62,111 nucleotides of DNA from Myxococcota bacterium (GTDB lineage Bacteria > Myxococcota > XYA12-FULL-58-9 > JALHOP01), in the NCBI GenBank assembly GCA_041288095.1, contig JBGGMJ010000090.1, positions 1-62,111 on the forward strand. The letters are read 5' to 3'. The translations under genes were made by a program, and so were the position numbers. The notes below the pieces were generated by a model. It saw only the letters and a list, made by a program, of their open reading frames with translations. It was not told the DNA's origin and searched no databases. Each line of letters starts with the position of its first letter. Position 1 is the first letter of the stretch. Below are positions 30,126 through 39,484 of the stretch, in pieces.

Positions 30126-31940
30126 ATGCAACGCCTGTACCGCGCAGGGGGGCTCGCCGCGGGCATGACCCTCGGGGGTCTCGCCGTTGGGGTCGCCGAA
30201 GGGGCCTACCGGGGGGTCGATTTGGCCTATTCCGGCATGTTCTACGCCGCTCTCTGGGCGCTCGCGGGCATCGGCTTGGCCCTGGTAACGGCGCGGGCCT
30301 TCGCGCGGACGCCTCCCGGGCTCATCACTTTCGGGGCGGCTCTGGCCCTGGTCAGCTCGACCATCGTGCTCGTCCGTTTCATTCTGCTACGTGATATTTA
30401 TCTCGAGGCTCCGGGAAAGGGGCTCGCGGCGGTCGCCTGGGGGCTCGCGGCCGGGGTCGGCATGCTCTTTCCGGTGCTGATGCTGAGCACCTGGATCCGC
30501 AGGCGCATCTTCTCGCGCTTTGCCCGTAGCCCGGCCTGGTGGGCCTTGCCGTTCGTGGCACTGGCGGCCTTCGGCATCCGGGCGGTCTCCGGACATGACG
30601 ATGACGCGGCGAACCCTGCCCCGCCGCACACGCTGCGCGGCGAGGGCACCATCCTCATCGTGGTCGACGCCCTGCGCGCCGACATGCTGGGTGCCTACGG
30701 GGCGCCACCGCACCGCGACGGCCCGCCGTCACCCGCCTTCGACGACTGGGCGACTCAAGGTCGCCGCTTCGACGACGTGACCGCGCACGCCTCTTGGACG
30801 AAGGCCGCGGTGGCGAGCATCATGACGTCCCGCCACGCCACCGGTCACGACACCATGAGCAAGGTCGCGGTGCTGCCGCAGACCCTGCCGACCATCGCCA
30901 AGACGCTCGGCGACGCGGGCGTGAAGACCGCCGCGGTGGTGACCAACTACAACCTCGAGGAAGGCTACGGCTTCGACAACGGCTTCGCCGAGTACCGCTA
31001 CCTCCCGCCGGCCCGTTATCTCGGAGCACCGGCGCGCGCCAACCGCCTCGCGGCCTACAATGTCTACCGCATCATGCGCGAAAAGCTCTTCACGGCCGGA
31101 CGCAGCCCCAAGGATTTTTTCCGCGATGGAGGAATGGTCAACGCCCACGCCTTCTCCATCTTGGACCGCATCGGCGACGACAAGTTCTTCCTCTACCTGC
31201 ACTACATGGAGCCGCACGATCCATATTTCTCGGTCGACGGCGCCTCGTTCGCCCGCGTGAGCCAACCCAACCCGCCGCTCGAATCCGCCGGCGCCATGCG
31301 CGACGCCTATCGCGACGGCGTCAAACGCTGGGACGGCTACTTCGGCGAGCTCCTCCAGGGGCTGGGCGCGCGCGGCCTCAGCGACCGCGTGCGCATCGTG
31401 GTCACCGCCGATCACGGCGAGGAATTCGGCGAGCACGGCGGCTTCTGGCACGGGACGACCTTGTACGAGGAGCAGCTCCGTGTGCCGCTCGCGATGCGCG
31501 GGCCCGGCATCGCCACCGGAGCGGACCCGCACCTCGCGCGTCAGGTGGACGTCGCTCCCACCATCGCCGGCTTCCACGCGGTCACCGTGCCTCCCACGTG
31601 GGAAGGCCGGGACCTGCGCGCCGACACGCCCGCTCCCGCCGCGGCGTTCGCCGAGGAAAATCACGAGGGCAACGTGCTGACGTCGGTGCGCCAAGCGGGG
31701 CGCAAGCTCATCGTCGCCAACGACGGCAATCCCCGGGGCCTCGCGCCGGTCGAGCTCTATGACCTGAACGCCGACCCGGGCGAGCGCAAAGCCCTCCGCG
31801 ACGACGCCACCACCCTCACCCTCACGACCGCCATGGAACGCCTGAAACGCGAGGCAAAACGCGGTGGTGCCGAAAGCACCGTGCGCCCCGTGGATGCCGC
31901 CGTCGAATCCGAGCTGCGAGCCCTCGGCTACGTGAAGTGA
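30126..31940 (+). CDS. Membrane-anchored sulfatase-like (alkaline phosphatase superfamily) protein
   Basis: About five N-terminal TMs; 'VDALRAD', 'SWTKAAVAS', 'EPHDPY', 'ADHGEEF.EHG..WHG'. Confidence 0.88.
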   Translation: MQRLYRAGGLAAGMTLGGLAVGVAEGAYRGVDLAYSGMFYAALWALAGIGLALVTARAFARTPPGLITFGAALALVSSTIVLVRFILLRDIYLEAPGKGLAAVAWGLAAGVGMLFPVLMLSTWIRRRIFSRFARSPAWWALPFVALAAFGIRAVSGHDDDAANPAPPHTLRGEGTILIVVDALRADMLGAYGAPPHRDGPPSPAFDDWATQGRRFDDVTAHASWTKAAVASIMTSRHATGHDTMSKVAVLPQTLPTIAKTLGDAGVKTAAVVTNYNLEEGYGFDNGFAEYRYLPPARYLGAPARANRLAAYNVYRIMREKLFTAGRSPKDFFRDGGMVNAHAFSILDRIGDDKFFLYLHYMEPHDPYFSVDGASFARVSQPNPPLESAGAMRDAYRDGVKRWDGYFGELLQGLGARGLSDRVRIVVTADHGEEFGEHGGFWHGTTLYEEQLRVPLAMRGPGIATGADPHLARQVDVAPTIAGFHAVTVPPTWEGRDLRADTPAPAAAFAEENHEGNVLTSVRQAGRKLIVANDGNPRGLAPVELYDLNADPGERKALRDDATTLTLTTAMERLKREAKRGGAESTVRPVDAAVESELRALGYVK

Positions 31941-31966
31941 CACGAATCACGCCCCCCGGTGTTCCA
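31937..31966 (+). promoter_or_regulatory. Putative ECF sigma autoregulatory promoter
   Basis: GTGACAC-N17-GTTCCA, ending 17 nt before the sigma ATG; identical boxes and spacing at 35382. Confidence 0.7.
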
Positions 31967-31983
31967 GGTTCCGAGACGAGCTG

Positions 31984-32472
31984 ATGGCTATCGACATCGA
32001 AGACGCCTACCGGCGCTTTGGACCCATGGTGGTTCGACGTTGTCGTGCCTTGCTCGCCGATCAGGAACAGGCGGTGGATGCCATGCACGACGTTTTCGTG
32101 CGTCTCATACAAAGCGGCGACCGGCTCGACGACCGAGGGATGTCGAGCTTGCTCTACCGCATCGCGACCAACGTCAGCTTGAACAAGCTGCGCACGCGCC
32201 GGCGCAAGCCGGAAAACGCGAACGACGACCTGCTGGCCGCCCTTGCCCACGCGACCGACGTCGAAGACAGCACTGGGACGCGCCGTTTGCTGCAACGCCT
32301 GCTCGGCGGCTTGAGCGAGAGCACCACGACGATGGCGGTCATGCACTGGGTCGACGGCATGAGCCTCGAAGAGGTCGCGGCCGAAACCGGCATGTCGGTC
32401 TCGGGGGTTCGCAAGCGATTGCGCATCTTGCGCGAACAGATCGGGGCGCAGACGGTGGAGGCCGCGCCATGA
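31984..32472 (+). CDS. ECF RNA polymerase sigma factor
   Basis: Region 2 'DAMHDVF...LYRIATN.SLN.LR'; region 4 'GMSLEEVAAETGMSVSGVRKRL'. Confidence 0.92.
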   Translation: MAIDIEDAYRRFGPMVVRRCRALLADQEQAVDAMHDVFVRLIQSGDRLDDRGMSSLLYRIATNVSLNKLRTRRRKPENANDDLLAALAHATDVEDSTGTRRLLQRLLGGLSESTTTMAVMHWVDGMSLEEVAAETGMSVSGVRKRLRILREQIGAQTVEAAP

Positions 32473-33182
32473 GCACACGGATCTCCGAGCTCATGCTCGA
32501 GCGCTATTTGGTAGGCGCCGCTACAGCGGACGAGAAGGCGCGCATCGAGGCATCGCCCGAGGCCCTGGAGCGCGTCGAGGCGATGCGACGTGAGAATGAC
32601 GAGCTCCTGGCGCTGCATTCGCCGCGCGTCGTCGCGGCCAAGGTGTCCGCTAGAGCGGCCGACGCGCCGAGGGTCAAGCCGTTCCTCTGGCTGGCGCCGT
32701 TGGTGGCGCTGGCTTGCGCCGTGCTCTTCGTGGTCGTGCCGCGCGGGCCCGACGACGAGGTCATCATCCTGAAAGGCGCAAAGCCGCACATCGCGCTCTA
32801 TCGGCAAGTCGGCAACACCAACGAGAAGCTCACGAGCGGCGCCAGCGCGCGTGCCGGTGACACGGTGCAGGTGTCGTACGTCGCGGCGGAAGCGACCTAC
32901 GGGGCCATCGTCTCGGTCGACGGTCGCGGCAACGTCACCGTGCACACGCCGACGAACGGCGACGGTAAGCTGTCGCAGCGCAACGAGGTCTTGTTGCCCC
33001 GTGCTTACACGCTCGACGACGCGCCGCGTTTCGAGCGCTTCGTGTTCGTCGCCGCCACCAGGCCCGTCGACATCGCCAAGCTCCAGAAGATGCTGCGCGA
33101 CGAGCCTGAGCTCGATGCCGAGAAGCTGCGCCGTGCCCTGGGCGGCGTCGTCGACGTCTTCACCCTGCGCAAGGAGCCCTGA
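32469..33182 (+). CDS. Putative anti-sigma factor (N-terminal helical domain, TM, DUF4384-like periplasmic domain)
   Basis: ATGA overlap with the sigma gene; 'LERYLVG' N-domain; TM 'FLWLAPLVALACAVLFVVV'; 'GDTVQVSY...SVDGRG...AYTLDDAP.FERF'. Confidence 0.75.
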   Translation: MSTRISELMLERYLVGAATADEKARIEASPEALERVEAMRRENDELLALHSPRVVAAKVSARAADAPRVKPFLWLAPLVALACAVLFVVVPRGPDDEVIILKGAKPHIALYRQVGNTNEKLTSGASARAGDTVQVSYVAAEATYGAIVSVDGRGNVTVHTPTNGDGKLSQRNEVLLPRAYTLDDAPRFERFVFVAATRPVDIAKLQKMLRDEPELDAEKLRRALGGVVDVFTLRKEP

Positions 33183-33184
33183 GC

Positions 33185-35380
33185 ATGCGTTTCCTCCTCG
33201 TTGCTCTGTCGCTCGCCCTTCCGCTCACGGCGCACGGCCAAGACACGCCGGTGCGCCGCTTCGCGCTGGTGGTCGGTGTCAGCTCCGGCGGACCATCACG
33301 CACACCGCTGCGCTATGCCACGAGCGACGCCGAAGCCTTCGCGCAAGTCTTGTCGGCCCTGGGCGGCGTGGCTGCCGCCGACAAGGTCGTGTTGGTGAAC
33401 CCGGGTCGGACCCAGTTCGACATGGCCCTGGCGGACATGCAGACGCGCATGGCCGACCGCGGCAACGCCTCGCGCGTCGAGCTCATCGTCTACTTCAGCG
33501 GACACTCAGACGAAAACGGGCTCATGCTCGGCGCCGAGCAGCTCTCCTACCAGTCGTTCCGCGCCGCGTTGGCGACCCTCCCCGCCGACGTGCGCATCGC
33601 CATCGTCGACTCGTGCCAGTCGGGCGCGTTGACCCGCCGCAAGGGTGGCACGATGCGGCCGCCCTTCCTGCTCGACACCTCGAGCAAGGTGCAAGGTCAG
33701 GCCATCTTGACCTCGAGCTCCGAAACCGAAGCGGCGCAGGAATCGGACCGCATCAAGGGCTCGTTTTTCACCCACTATCTCATCTCGGGTCTGCGCGGCG
33801 CCGCCGACGTGACCCGCGACCGCCGCGTGACCTTGAACGAGGCCTACCAGTTCGCTTTCGCGGAAACGTTGGCGCGCACCGAAGGCACGCAATACGGTCC
33901 GCAACACCCGGCCTACGAGATCCAGCTCACCGGCACCGGCGATGTCGTCATGACCGACCTGCGCGCCACCACGGCGTCGCTCACCATCGACGAGCCGCTC
34001 GCGGGCCGCGTCTTCCTGCGCGACAAGAACGGCGTCCTCGTCGCCGAGCTCTTCAAGGTGGAAGGCCGCGCCGTCGAGATCGGCCTCGAGCCCGGCGTCT
34101 ACAATGTCCGCGTCGAGAAGAAGGACGAGATCCTCGAGGGCACGGTGGAGGTTGGCGTCAACGCCAGCGCCAAGCTCTTCCGCTCGAGCTTGAGCCAAGG
34201 GCGCGTCGAGGTGGCGGCGCGACGCGGCGGTGAAGAGCGCGTGGAAGGCGTGGCGACAGCCGAGACGAAGCGCCAGGTCACGCATCCCATCTCGTTCAGC
34301 CTCGTCCCCGACCTGACGTTGCCAACGACGCCCGACGACGTCGTGCTCACCAAGAACCTCAGCATCGAGCTCATCTACGGCGTGACCGACCACTTGCGTG
34401 GTCTGGCGCTGTCGCTGGGCGCGACGCGAGCCAAGCAGTCGATGCGCGGACTGCAGATGTCGCTGGTGCTCAACTTCACCGGCGGCGACAGCGAAGGCAT
34501 TCAAGTCTCGAGCATCATGAACATCGCCGACGGCGAGATGCGCGGCATCCAGATTGGCGCCATCGCCAATCGCGACCGTGGCGTATTCAGCGGCATCGAG
34601 GTCGCGTCCGCGGTCAACTGGAACAGCGGACCCACCACCGGTTTGCAGCTCGCGGCCGGCGTCAACATCGCGGACGACGTCCTCGGTCTCCAGGTAGCGC
34701 CGGTGAATATCGCCGGCGACGTCGCCGGCATGCAGTACGGCATGGTCGGTGTCGGCGACGACGTACAGGGCGCCCAGATCGCGCTCGTCAACGTCGGCGG
34801 CGACGTTCGCGGTGTGCAGCTCGGGCTCGTCAACGTCGGACAAGTGGTCACGGGCGCGCAGATCGGGCTCGTCAACGTCTCGAAAGAGATGCACGGCGTC
34901 CCGTTCGGTCTCTTCAGCTACATCCGCAATCGCGGCCTCGGTGGTGACGTCGGCGCCAGCACCAACGAGCCGCTGCAGCTTGCGCTGCGCTACGACACCG
35001 GTGGGGTCTTCTACGGCTTTCTCGGCGGTGGCATCTTCGCCTTCGACCGCATGGCCCGCGGCGATGCCTACTTGGGCGTCGGCTTCGGCGCACGCCTCGC
35101 CACCTTCACCAACTGGAGTCTCGAAACCGACATCTTGGTCGCGCACGCCACCCTCGACTTCGGCAGCTCCCGCGCCGACATGATCGTGCGCGAGCGCATC
35201 AGCTTCGTCTTTCCCTTCGAGAAGCTGTCCGCTTTCGCGGGCGTCTCGTGGTTCGAGTACATGGGCTGGAACGGCACAGACATCGCGAGCAACGCGGGCC
35301 CGGTGCTCGACACCGTGCACCAGTCGGGCGACTTCACCTTCCGCACTTGGCCGTCGCTGCACGCGGGTGTGCGTTTCTAG
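33185..35380 (+). CDS. Exported caspase-family (C14) protease with beta-solenoid repeats and OM-barrel-like C-terminus
   Basis: Signal peptide ending AHG; 'RFALVVG', 'YFSGH', 'VDSCQSG', 'AAQES...SFFTH'; repeats 'G.Q.G.VN'; ends '...AGVRF'. Confidence 0.88.
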   Translation: MRFLLVALSLALPLTAHGQDTPVRRFALVVGVSSGGPSRTPLRYATSDAEAFAQVLSALGGVAAADKVVLVNPGRTQFDMALADMQTRMADRGNASRVELIVYFSGHSDENGLMLGAEQLSYQSFRAALATLPADVRIAIVDSCQSGALTRRKGGTMRPPFLLDTSSKVQGQAILTSSSETEAAQESDRIKGSFFTHYLISGLRGAADVTRDRRVTLNEAYQFAFAETLARTEGTQYGPQHPAYEIQLTGTGDVVMTDLRATTASLTIDEPLAGRVFLRDKNGVLVAELFKVEGRAVEIGLEPGVYNVRVEKKDEILEGTVEVGVNASAKLFRSSLSQGRVEVAARRGGEERVEGVATAETKRQVTHPISFSLVPDLTLPTTPDDVVLTKNLSIELIYGVTDHLRGLALSLGATRAKQSMRGLQMSLVLNFTGGDSEGIQVSSIMNIADGEMRGIQIGAIANRDRGVFSGIEVASAVNWNSGPTTGLQLAAGVNIADDVLGLQVAPVNIAGDVAGMQYGMVGVGDDVQGAQIALVNVGGDVRGVQLGLVNVGQVVTGAQIGLVNVSKEMHGVPFGLFSYIRNRGLGGDVGASTNEPLQLALRYDTGGVFYGFLGGGIFAFDRMARGDAYLGVGFGARLATFTNWSLETDILVAHATLDFGSSRADMIVRERISFVFPFEKLSAFAGVSWFEYMGWNGTDIASNAGPVLDTVHQSGDFTFRTWPSLHAGVRF

Positions 35381-35381
35381 G

Positions 35382-35411
35382 GTGACACTTTTTTCAAGTC
35401 GCGGGGTTCCA
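35382..35411 (+). promoter_or_regulatory. Putative ECF sigma target promoter upstream of exbB
   Basis: GTGACAC-N17-GTTCCA, same as upstream of the sigma gene. Confidence 0.7.
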
Positions 35412-35433
35412 CGAGGCGAAAGGAACCCCACAC

Positions 35434-36081
35434 ATGGAAATCGTTCAGCACTCGCAAGCCATCCTCCTCAAGCTCGGCGCCGGTTGGGTCCTCTGGGTCT
35501 TGGTCGTCCTCAGCATCGTCTCGGTCGCGGTCGTCGTCGAGCGCCTGCTGGCGTTGCGCGCCCTTCGCGTCCCGGGCTCGTTACTGCGTGAGAGCCTGCG
35601 CGAGGCCCTGCGGGTCGGCGGCTTCGGCAGCGGTGTTTCGAGCATGTCACGCCACCGCCACCCAGCCGCCCGCGTCGCGCTCCGCGGCATGGAGTCCGGC
35701 ACCAAGGTCGTCGCCGAGGCGAGGACCGTGATGGACGCCGAGATCATCGCGCAGCGTCGTCTGCTGGAGCGGAGGTTCGCGTTTCTCGCGACGCTGGGCG
35801 CCAACGCGCCCTTCGTCGGGCTCCTGGGGACGGTCATCGGCATCTTGCAGGCGTTCAACGCGCTGGGCGTCGCCGCGGCGGGCAACGCCAAAGCCGCCCT
35901 CGACCCGAGTCACGTGATGACCGGCGTCGGTGAGGCGCTGGTCGCCACGGCGGTCGGGCTCGCGGTCGCGATTCCCGCCATCGTCGCCTTCAACGTCTTG
36001 CAGCGCGTGGTGAAGGGCGCCCTCGACGACGCGCAAACGCTGGCGCTCGAGGTCGTCGCCTACCTCGAAGGGAAGGCGTGA
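35434..36081 (+). CDS. exbB: ExbB/TolQ proton channel
   Basis: 'LATLGANAPFVGLLGTVIGI...EALVATAVGLAVAIPA'. Confidence 0.9.
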   Translation: MEIVQHSQAILLKLGAGWVLWVLVVLSIVSVAVVVERLLALRALRVPGSLLRESLREALRVGGFGSGVSSMSRHRHPAARVALRGMESGTKVVAEARTVMDAEIIAQRRLLERRFAFLATLGANAPFVGLLGTVIGILQAFNALGVAAAGNAKAALDPSHVMTGVGEALVATAVGLAVAIPAIVAFNVLQRVVKGALDDAQTLALEVVAYLEGKA

Positions 36082-36082
36082 G

Positions 36083-36499
36083 ATGGCCGCCGCCATGCAA
36101 ACCGATAGCGACCTGATGAGCGGCATCAACGTCACCCCGCTCGTCGACATCACGTTGGTGTTGCTCGTGGTGTTCCTGGTGACCGCGAAGATCATCGCGG
36201 CCAGTGCCCTGGCGGTCGACCTGCCGCAAGCTCGGACGGCAACCAGCGAGCAGACCATCTTGCATGTCGCCATCGCCAAGGATGGCACCATCGGCATCGA
36301 CGAGACGGCTGCTTTGGCGGACGAGGCAATCCTCTCACGCGCCAAGGCGGCGCTCGCCAGCGACAGCGAAGTGCGCGCCGTCATCGACGCCGATGGCGCG
36401 GTGGCACACGCGCGGGTCGTGCATGCGATGGATCTCTTGCGCCGTGCCGGCCTCTCGCGGGTCGCGTTCGGCGTCGAGCCCGAGGTGGTGACGCCATGA
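36083..36499 (+). CDS. exbD: ExbD/TolR
   Basis: 'INVTPLVDITLVLLVVFLVT', 'VDLP', 'IDAD..V'. Confidence 0.92.
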   Translation: MAAAMQTDSDLMSGINVTPLVDITLVLLVVFLVTAKIIAASALAVDLPQARTATSEQTILHVAIAKDGTIGIDETAALADEAILSRAKAALASDSEVRAVIDADGAVAHARVVHAMDLLRRAGLSRVAFGVEPEVVTP

Positions 36500-37170
36500 T
36501 GGGCATGCCGCGCAACTGGCTCATCGGCGCCTGCGTGTCGACGTTCGTGCATATCATGTGCGCGCGTGCGGCGCTGCGCATGGACCCACCGCCGCCGCCA
36601 CCACCGCGGCCGATGGAGGTCGAGCTCGCGCCGCCGCCGGCACCTCGCGCACGTGAACCGGAGCCCGAGCCCGAGAAACCGGCGCGCGCCAGAGTAACTC
36701 AGAAGACCGCGGCCAAGGCGGGGCATGTGATCACCGCCGCTCCAGACCAAGCGGATGCCTCGCCGGTCGACTTCAGCATCGTGCAGGGCGCGGCGGACAG
36801 GTACGTCGGCGGCACCACTTCGGCGGTGGGTGCGAGCGATGCGCCGGTGCTGGGCCCTGTCACCCCGGACGCCACGGCGACCAGCAAGCGCGCGGCGGTG
36901 CCGGCGTCGCCGGCAGGCTCGGAGTGGGACTGCTCGGCGCTCTACCCGGCGGATGCCAATGCCCCGAACGCCGCCGCTGTCATGGTGCAGGTGCGCACCG
37001 ACGCCGCCGGCCGACCGCAAGCGGTGAGCATCTTGCGCGACCCGGGCCACGGCTTCGGCACGGCCGCGCGAGCCTGCGCCATGCGCCAGACCTATCAACC
37101 GGCGCGCGACGCCGATGACCACGAGGTCCCGGGCGAGACCCGCCCGTTTCTAGTTCGCTTCCACCGCTAA
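36496..37170 (+). CDS. tonB: TonB-family energy transducer
   Basis: TM with S-x3-H, Pro-rich linker, C-terminal 'YP...PGHGFG.AA..C'. Confidence 0.8.
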   Translation: MMGMPRNWLIGACVSTFVHIMCARAALRMDPPPPPPPRPMEVELAPPPAPRAREPEPEPEKPARARVTQKTAAKAGHVITAAPDQADASPVDFSIVQGAADRYVGGTTSAVGASDAPVLGPVTPDATATSKRAAVPASPAGSEWDCSALYPADANAPNAAAVMVQVRTDAAGRPQAVSILRDPGHGFGTAARACAMRQTYQPARDADDHEVPGETRPFLVRFHR

Positions 37171-37201
37171 AGCGGTCAACGACCAGCAAGGATTTCCCGA
37201 C

Positions 37202-39484
37202 ATGTTTCTCGACGTGCTTGGACTCGTGTGTCTTCTCGCCGCCCCGGTCGTCGAAGCGCCGGAGCTGCGCGAGAGTGTCGAGGCGGACTATCCGCCGGCG
37301 GCTCTCGCCGAGCGGCTCACCGCGCGCGTCGTGCTGCGGCTCGACATCGACGCGACGGGTATGGTGACCGCGGCCGAGGTTACCGAGCCAGTGGGCCACG
37401 GCTTCGACGAAGCGGCGCGCGCTGCCGTGCTGCGCTTCCGCTTCCAGCCCGCGACGCGCGACGGCAACCCCATCGCGTCGCGCATCCTCTACACCTATCT
37501 CTTCGAGCTCGAGCCGGAGCCGGAGCCGGAGCCTACGCCCGCGCTCGCAACTCAGCCTGAGCCCGAGCCCCCCGCGCCCGAAGACGTGGAAGAGGTCGAG
37601 ATCCGCGGCGCGCGCGCCGACCGCGAGGTGACCAAGCGGGAGATGACCCGAGAACAGCTGCGCACCGCCGCTGGCTCGAACGGCGATGCCCTGCGCGCCA
37701 TTCAGAACCTGCCGAGTATCGCGCGCGCTCCGGGCCTCGCGGGTCAGCTCGTCGTCCGCGGCAGCGCACCGGAGGACACCGAAGCCTACGTGGATGGCAG
37801 CTTCGTCCCCTTCGTCTATCACTTTGGCGGACTCGCTTCGATCATCCCCACCGAGATGCTCGACGGCATCGACTTTTACCCCGGCAACTTCGGCGCCAAG
37901 TACGGTCGTGTCGCCGGCGGTATCGTCGACATCCGCATGCGCCCAGGTGAAACCGATGGGGGCTTCCATGGGATGGCGCAGGTCGACTTCATCGACGCGC
38001 GCGGACTCGTGCGTGGCCCATTGGGCCGCGGCTGGACCATCATCGCGGGTGTCCGCCGCAGCCATCTCGACGCTTGGATCGGCGGTCTGCTCCCGAGCGG
38101 CAGCCGTGCGCCCTACTACTTCGACGCGCAGCTGTTCCTCGAGAATCGCCTCACCGAGCGCTCGCGCCTGCGCATCGGAGTCTACGGTGCCTACGACGCT
38201 CTACGGGTCGTCGACGAGGGTGAAGGCGACGCCCCGGTCGGCACCGTCGCGGTCTCGCAGGGCTTCTATCGCATCCAGGCGAACTACGACAATCAGCTCA
38301 CCGACGCGCTCAGCCTGAAGCTCATGGCGAGCTGGGGCCGCGACACGCCCAACTTCAATGTCGGCCCGCAGCGTATCGCCAGCAGCCTCTACACGTATGC
38401 GCTGCGTGGCGAGCTGCAGGCGAAGCTCGCCGACTGGATGACCGTTTCAGCGGGCTACGACGTGGTCACCGTCGACTATGCGACCGACCTGCGCTTTCCC
38501 GACTTCGCGCTACCCGGCGAGAGCGATACGGGCGTCGATGCGACGGCTCGGACGCGTGTCTTGAAGACCGGCGGGTGGTTCAATCGGCCGGCCGCCTACC
38601 TGCAGGCGCGCATCACGCCCATCGCCGGGCTAGAGGTCGTGCCTTCCCTCCGCCTCGACTACGACCACGAAAACGAAAACCTCGACTTCGGGCCGCGCAT
38701 GAATGCGCGCTACGACATCAGGCCGACCTTCCCGCGCACGACGATAAAAGGCGCGGCGGGGCTCTACTACAAGCCGCCGGTGTGGCGCGAAACACTGCCG
38801 GTCGTCGGGCAACCGGGCTTGAATTCCGACCGCGTGCTCGCGAAATCGCTCGGCGTCGAGCAAGAGCTGGCGCGCGGCGTCACCCTCTCGTTCGAAGGCT
38901 TCCACAAGGAACTCGAGCGCCTGGTCTCACGCACGCCGACCGAAGACGGTGGCTACCTCTACGGGAATCGCGGCAGCGGCCGCGCCTACGGCACGGAGCT
39001 GCTGGTGCGTCACGAAGGCGAGCGCCTCTCGGGCTTTCTCGCCTATACGCTATCGCGGTCAACGCGTGTCGACCAACCCGGCGAGCAGCGCCGCCTCTTC
39101 GAATACGACCAAACGCACATCCTCACCGCCCTCGCGAGCTACCGGCTCGGGAGCGGCTGGCTCATCGGCGGCCGATTTCGCATGGTGAGCGGCAACCCCT
39201 ACACCCCGTGCGTCGGCGGCCGCTTCGATTCGTCCTCGGGCAGCTACGCTTGCATCACCGGCCGCGAGTACGGCGAGCGCATGCCGATGTTCCATCAGCT
39301 CGACGTGCGCGTCGAGAAGACGTGGGCGTTCACCTCGTGGAAGCTCTCGACCTACGTCGACGTCATCAACGCCTACAACCACAAGAACGCGGAGGCCCCG
39401 ACCTACAAGTTCGACAACTCGCAGGGCGGCTTTGCCTACGGCCTGCCCTTCTTCCCCAGCATCGGTGTGCGAGGTGAGCTATGA
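37202..39484 (+). CDS. TonB-dependent receptor with N-terminal TonB C-terminal-like domain
   Basis: 'YPPAA...GHGFDEAARAAV.RFRF.PA' domain; plug 'NLPSIAR...VRGS..ED'; barrel 'YDQTH', 'HQLDVRVEK'. Confidence 0.92.
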   Translation: MFLDVLGLVCLLAAPVVEAPELRESVEADYPPAALAERLTARVVLRLDIDATGMVTAAEVTEPVGHGFDEAARAAVLRFRFQPATRDGNPIASRILYTYLFELEPEPEPEPTPALATQPEPEPPAPEDVEEVEIRGARADREVTKREMTREQLRTAAGSNGDALRAIQNLPSIARAPGLAGQLVVRGSAPEDTEAYVDGSFVPFVYHFGGLASIIPTEMLDGIDFYPGNFGAKYGRVAGGIVDIRMRPGETDGGFHGMAQVDFIDARGLVRGPLGRGWTIIAGVRRSHLDAWIGGLLPSGSRAPYYFDAQLFLENRLTERSRLRIGVYGAYDALRVVDEGEGDAPVGTVAVSQGFYRIQANYDNQLTDALSLKLMASWGRDTPNFNVGPQRIASSLYTYALRGELQAKLADWMTVSAGYDVVTVDYATDLRFPDFALPGESDTGVDATARTRVLKTGGWFNRPAAYLQARITPIAGLEVVPSLRLDYDHENENLDFGPRMNARYDIRPTFPRTTIKGAAGLYYKPPVWRETLPVVGQPGLNSDRVLAKSLGVEQELARGVTLSFEGFHKELERLVSRTPTEDGGYLYGNRGSGRAYGTELLVRHEGERLSGFLAYTLSRSTRVDQPGEQRRLFEYDQTHILTALASYRLGSGWLIGGRFRMVSGNPYTPCVGGRFDSSSGSYACITGREYGERMPMFHQLDVRVEKTWAFTSWKLSTYVDVINAYNHKNAEAPTYKFDNSQGGFAYGLPFFPSIGVRGEL

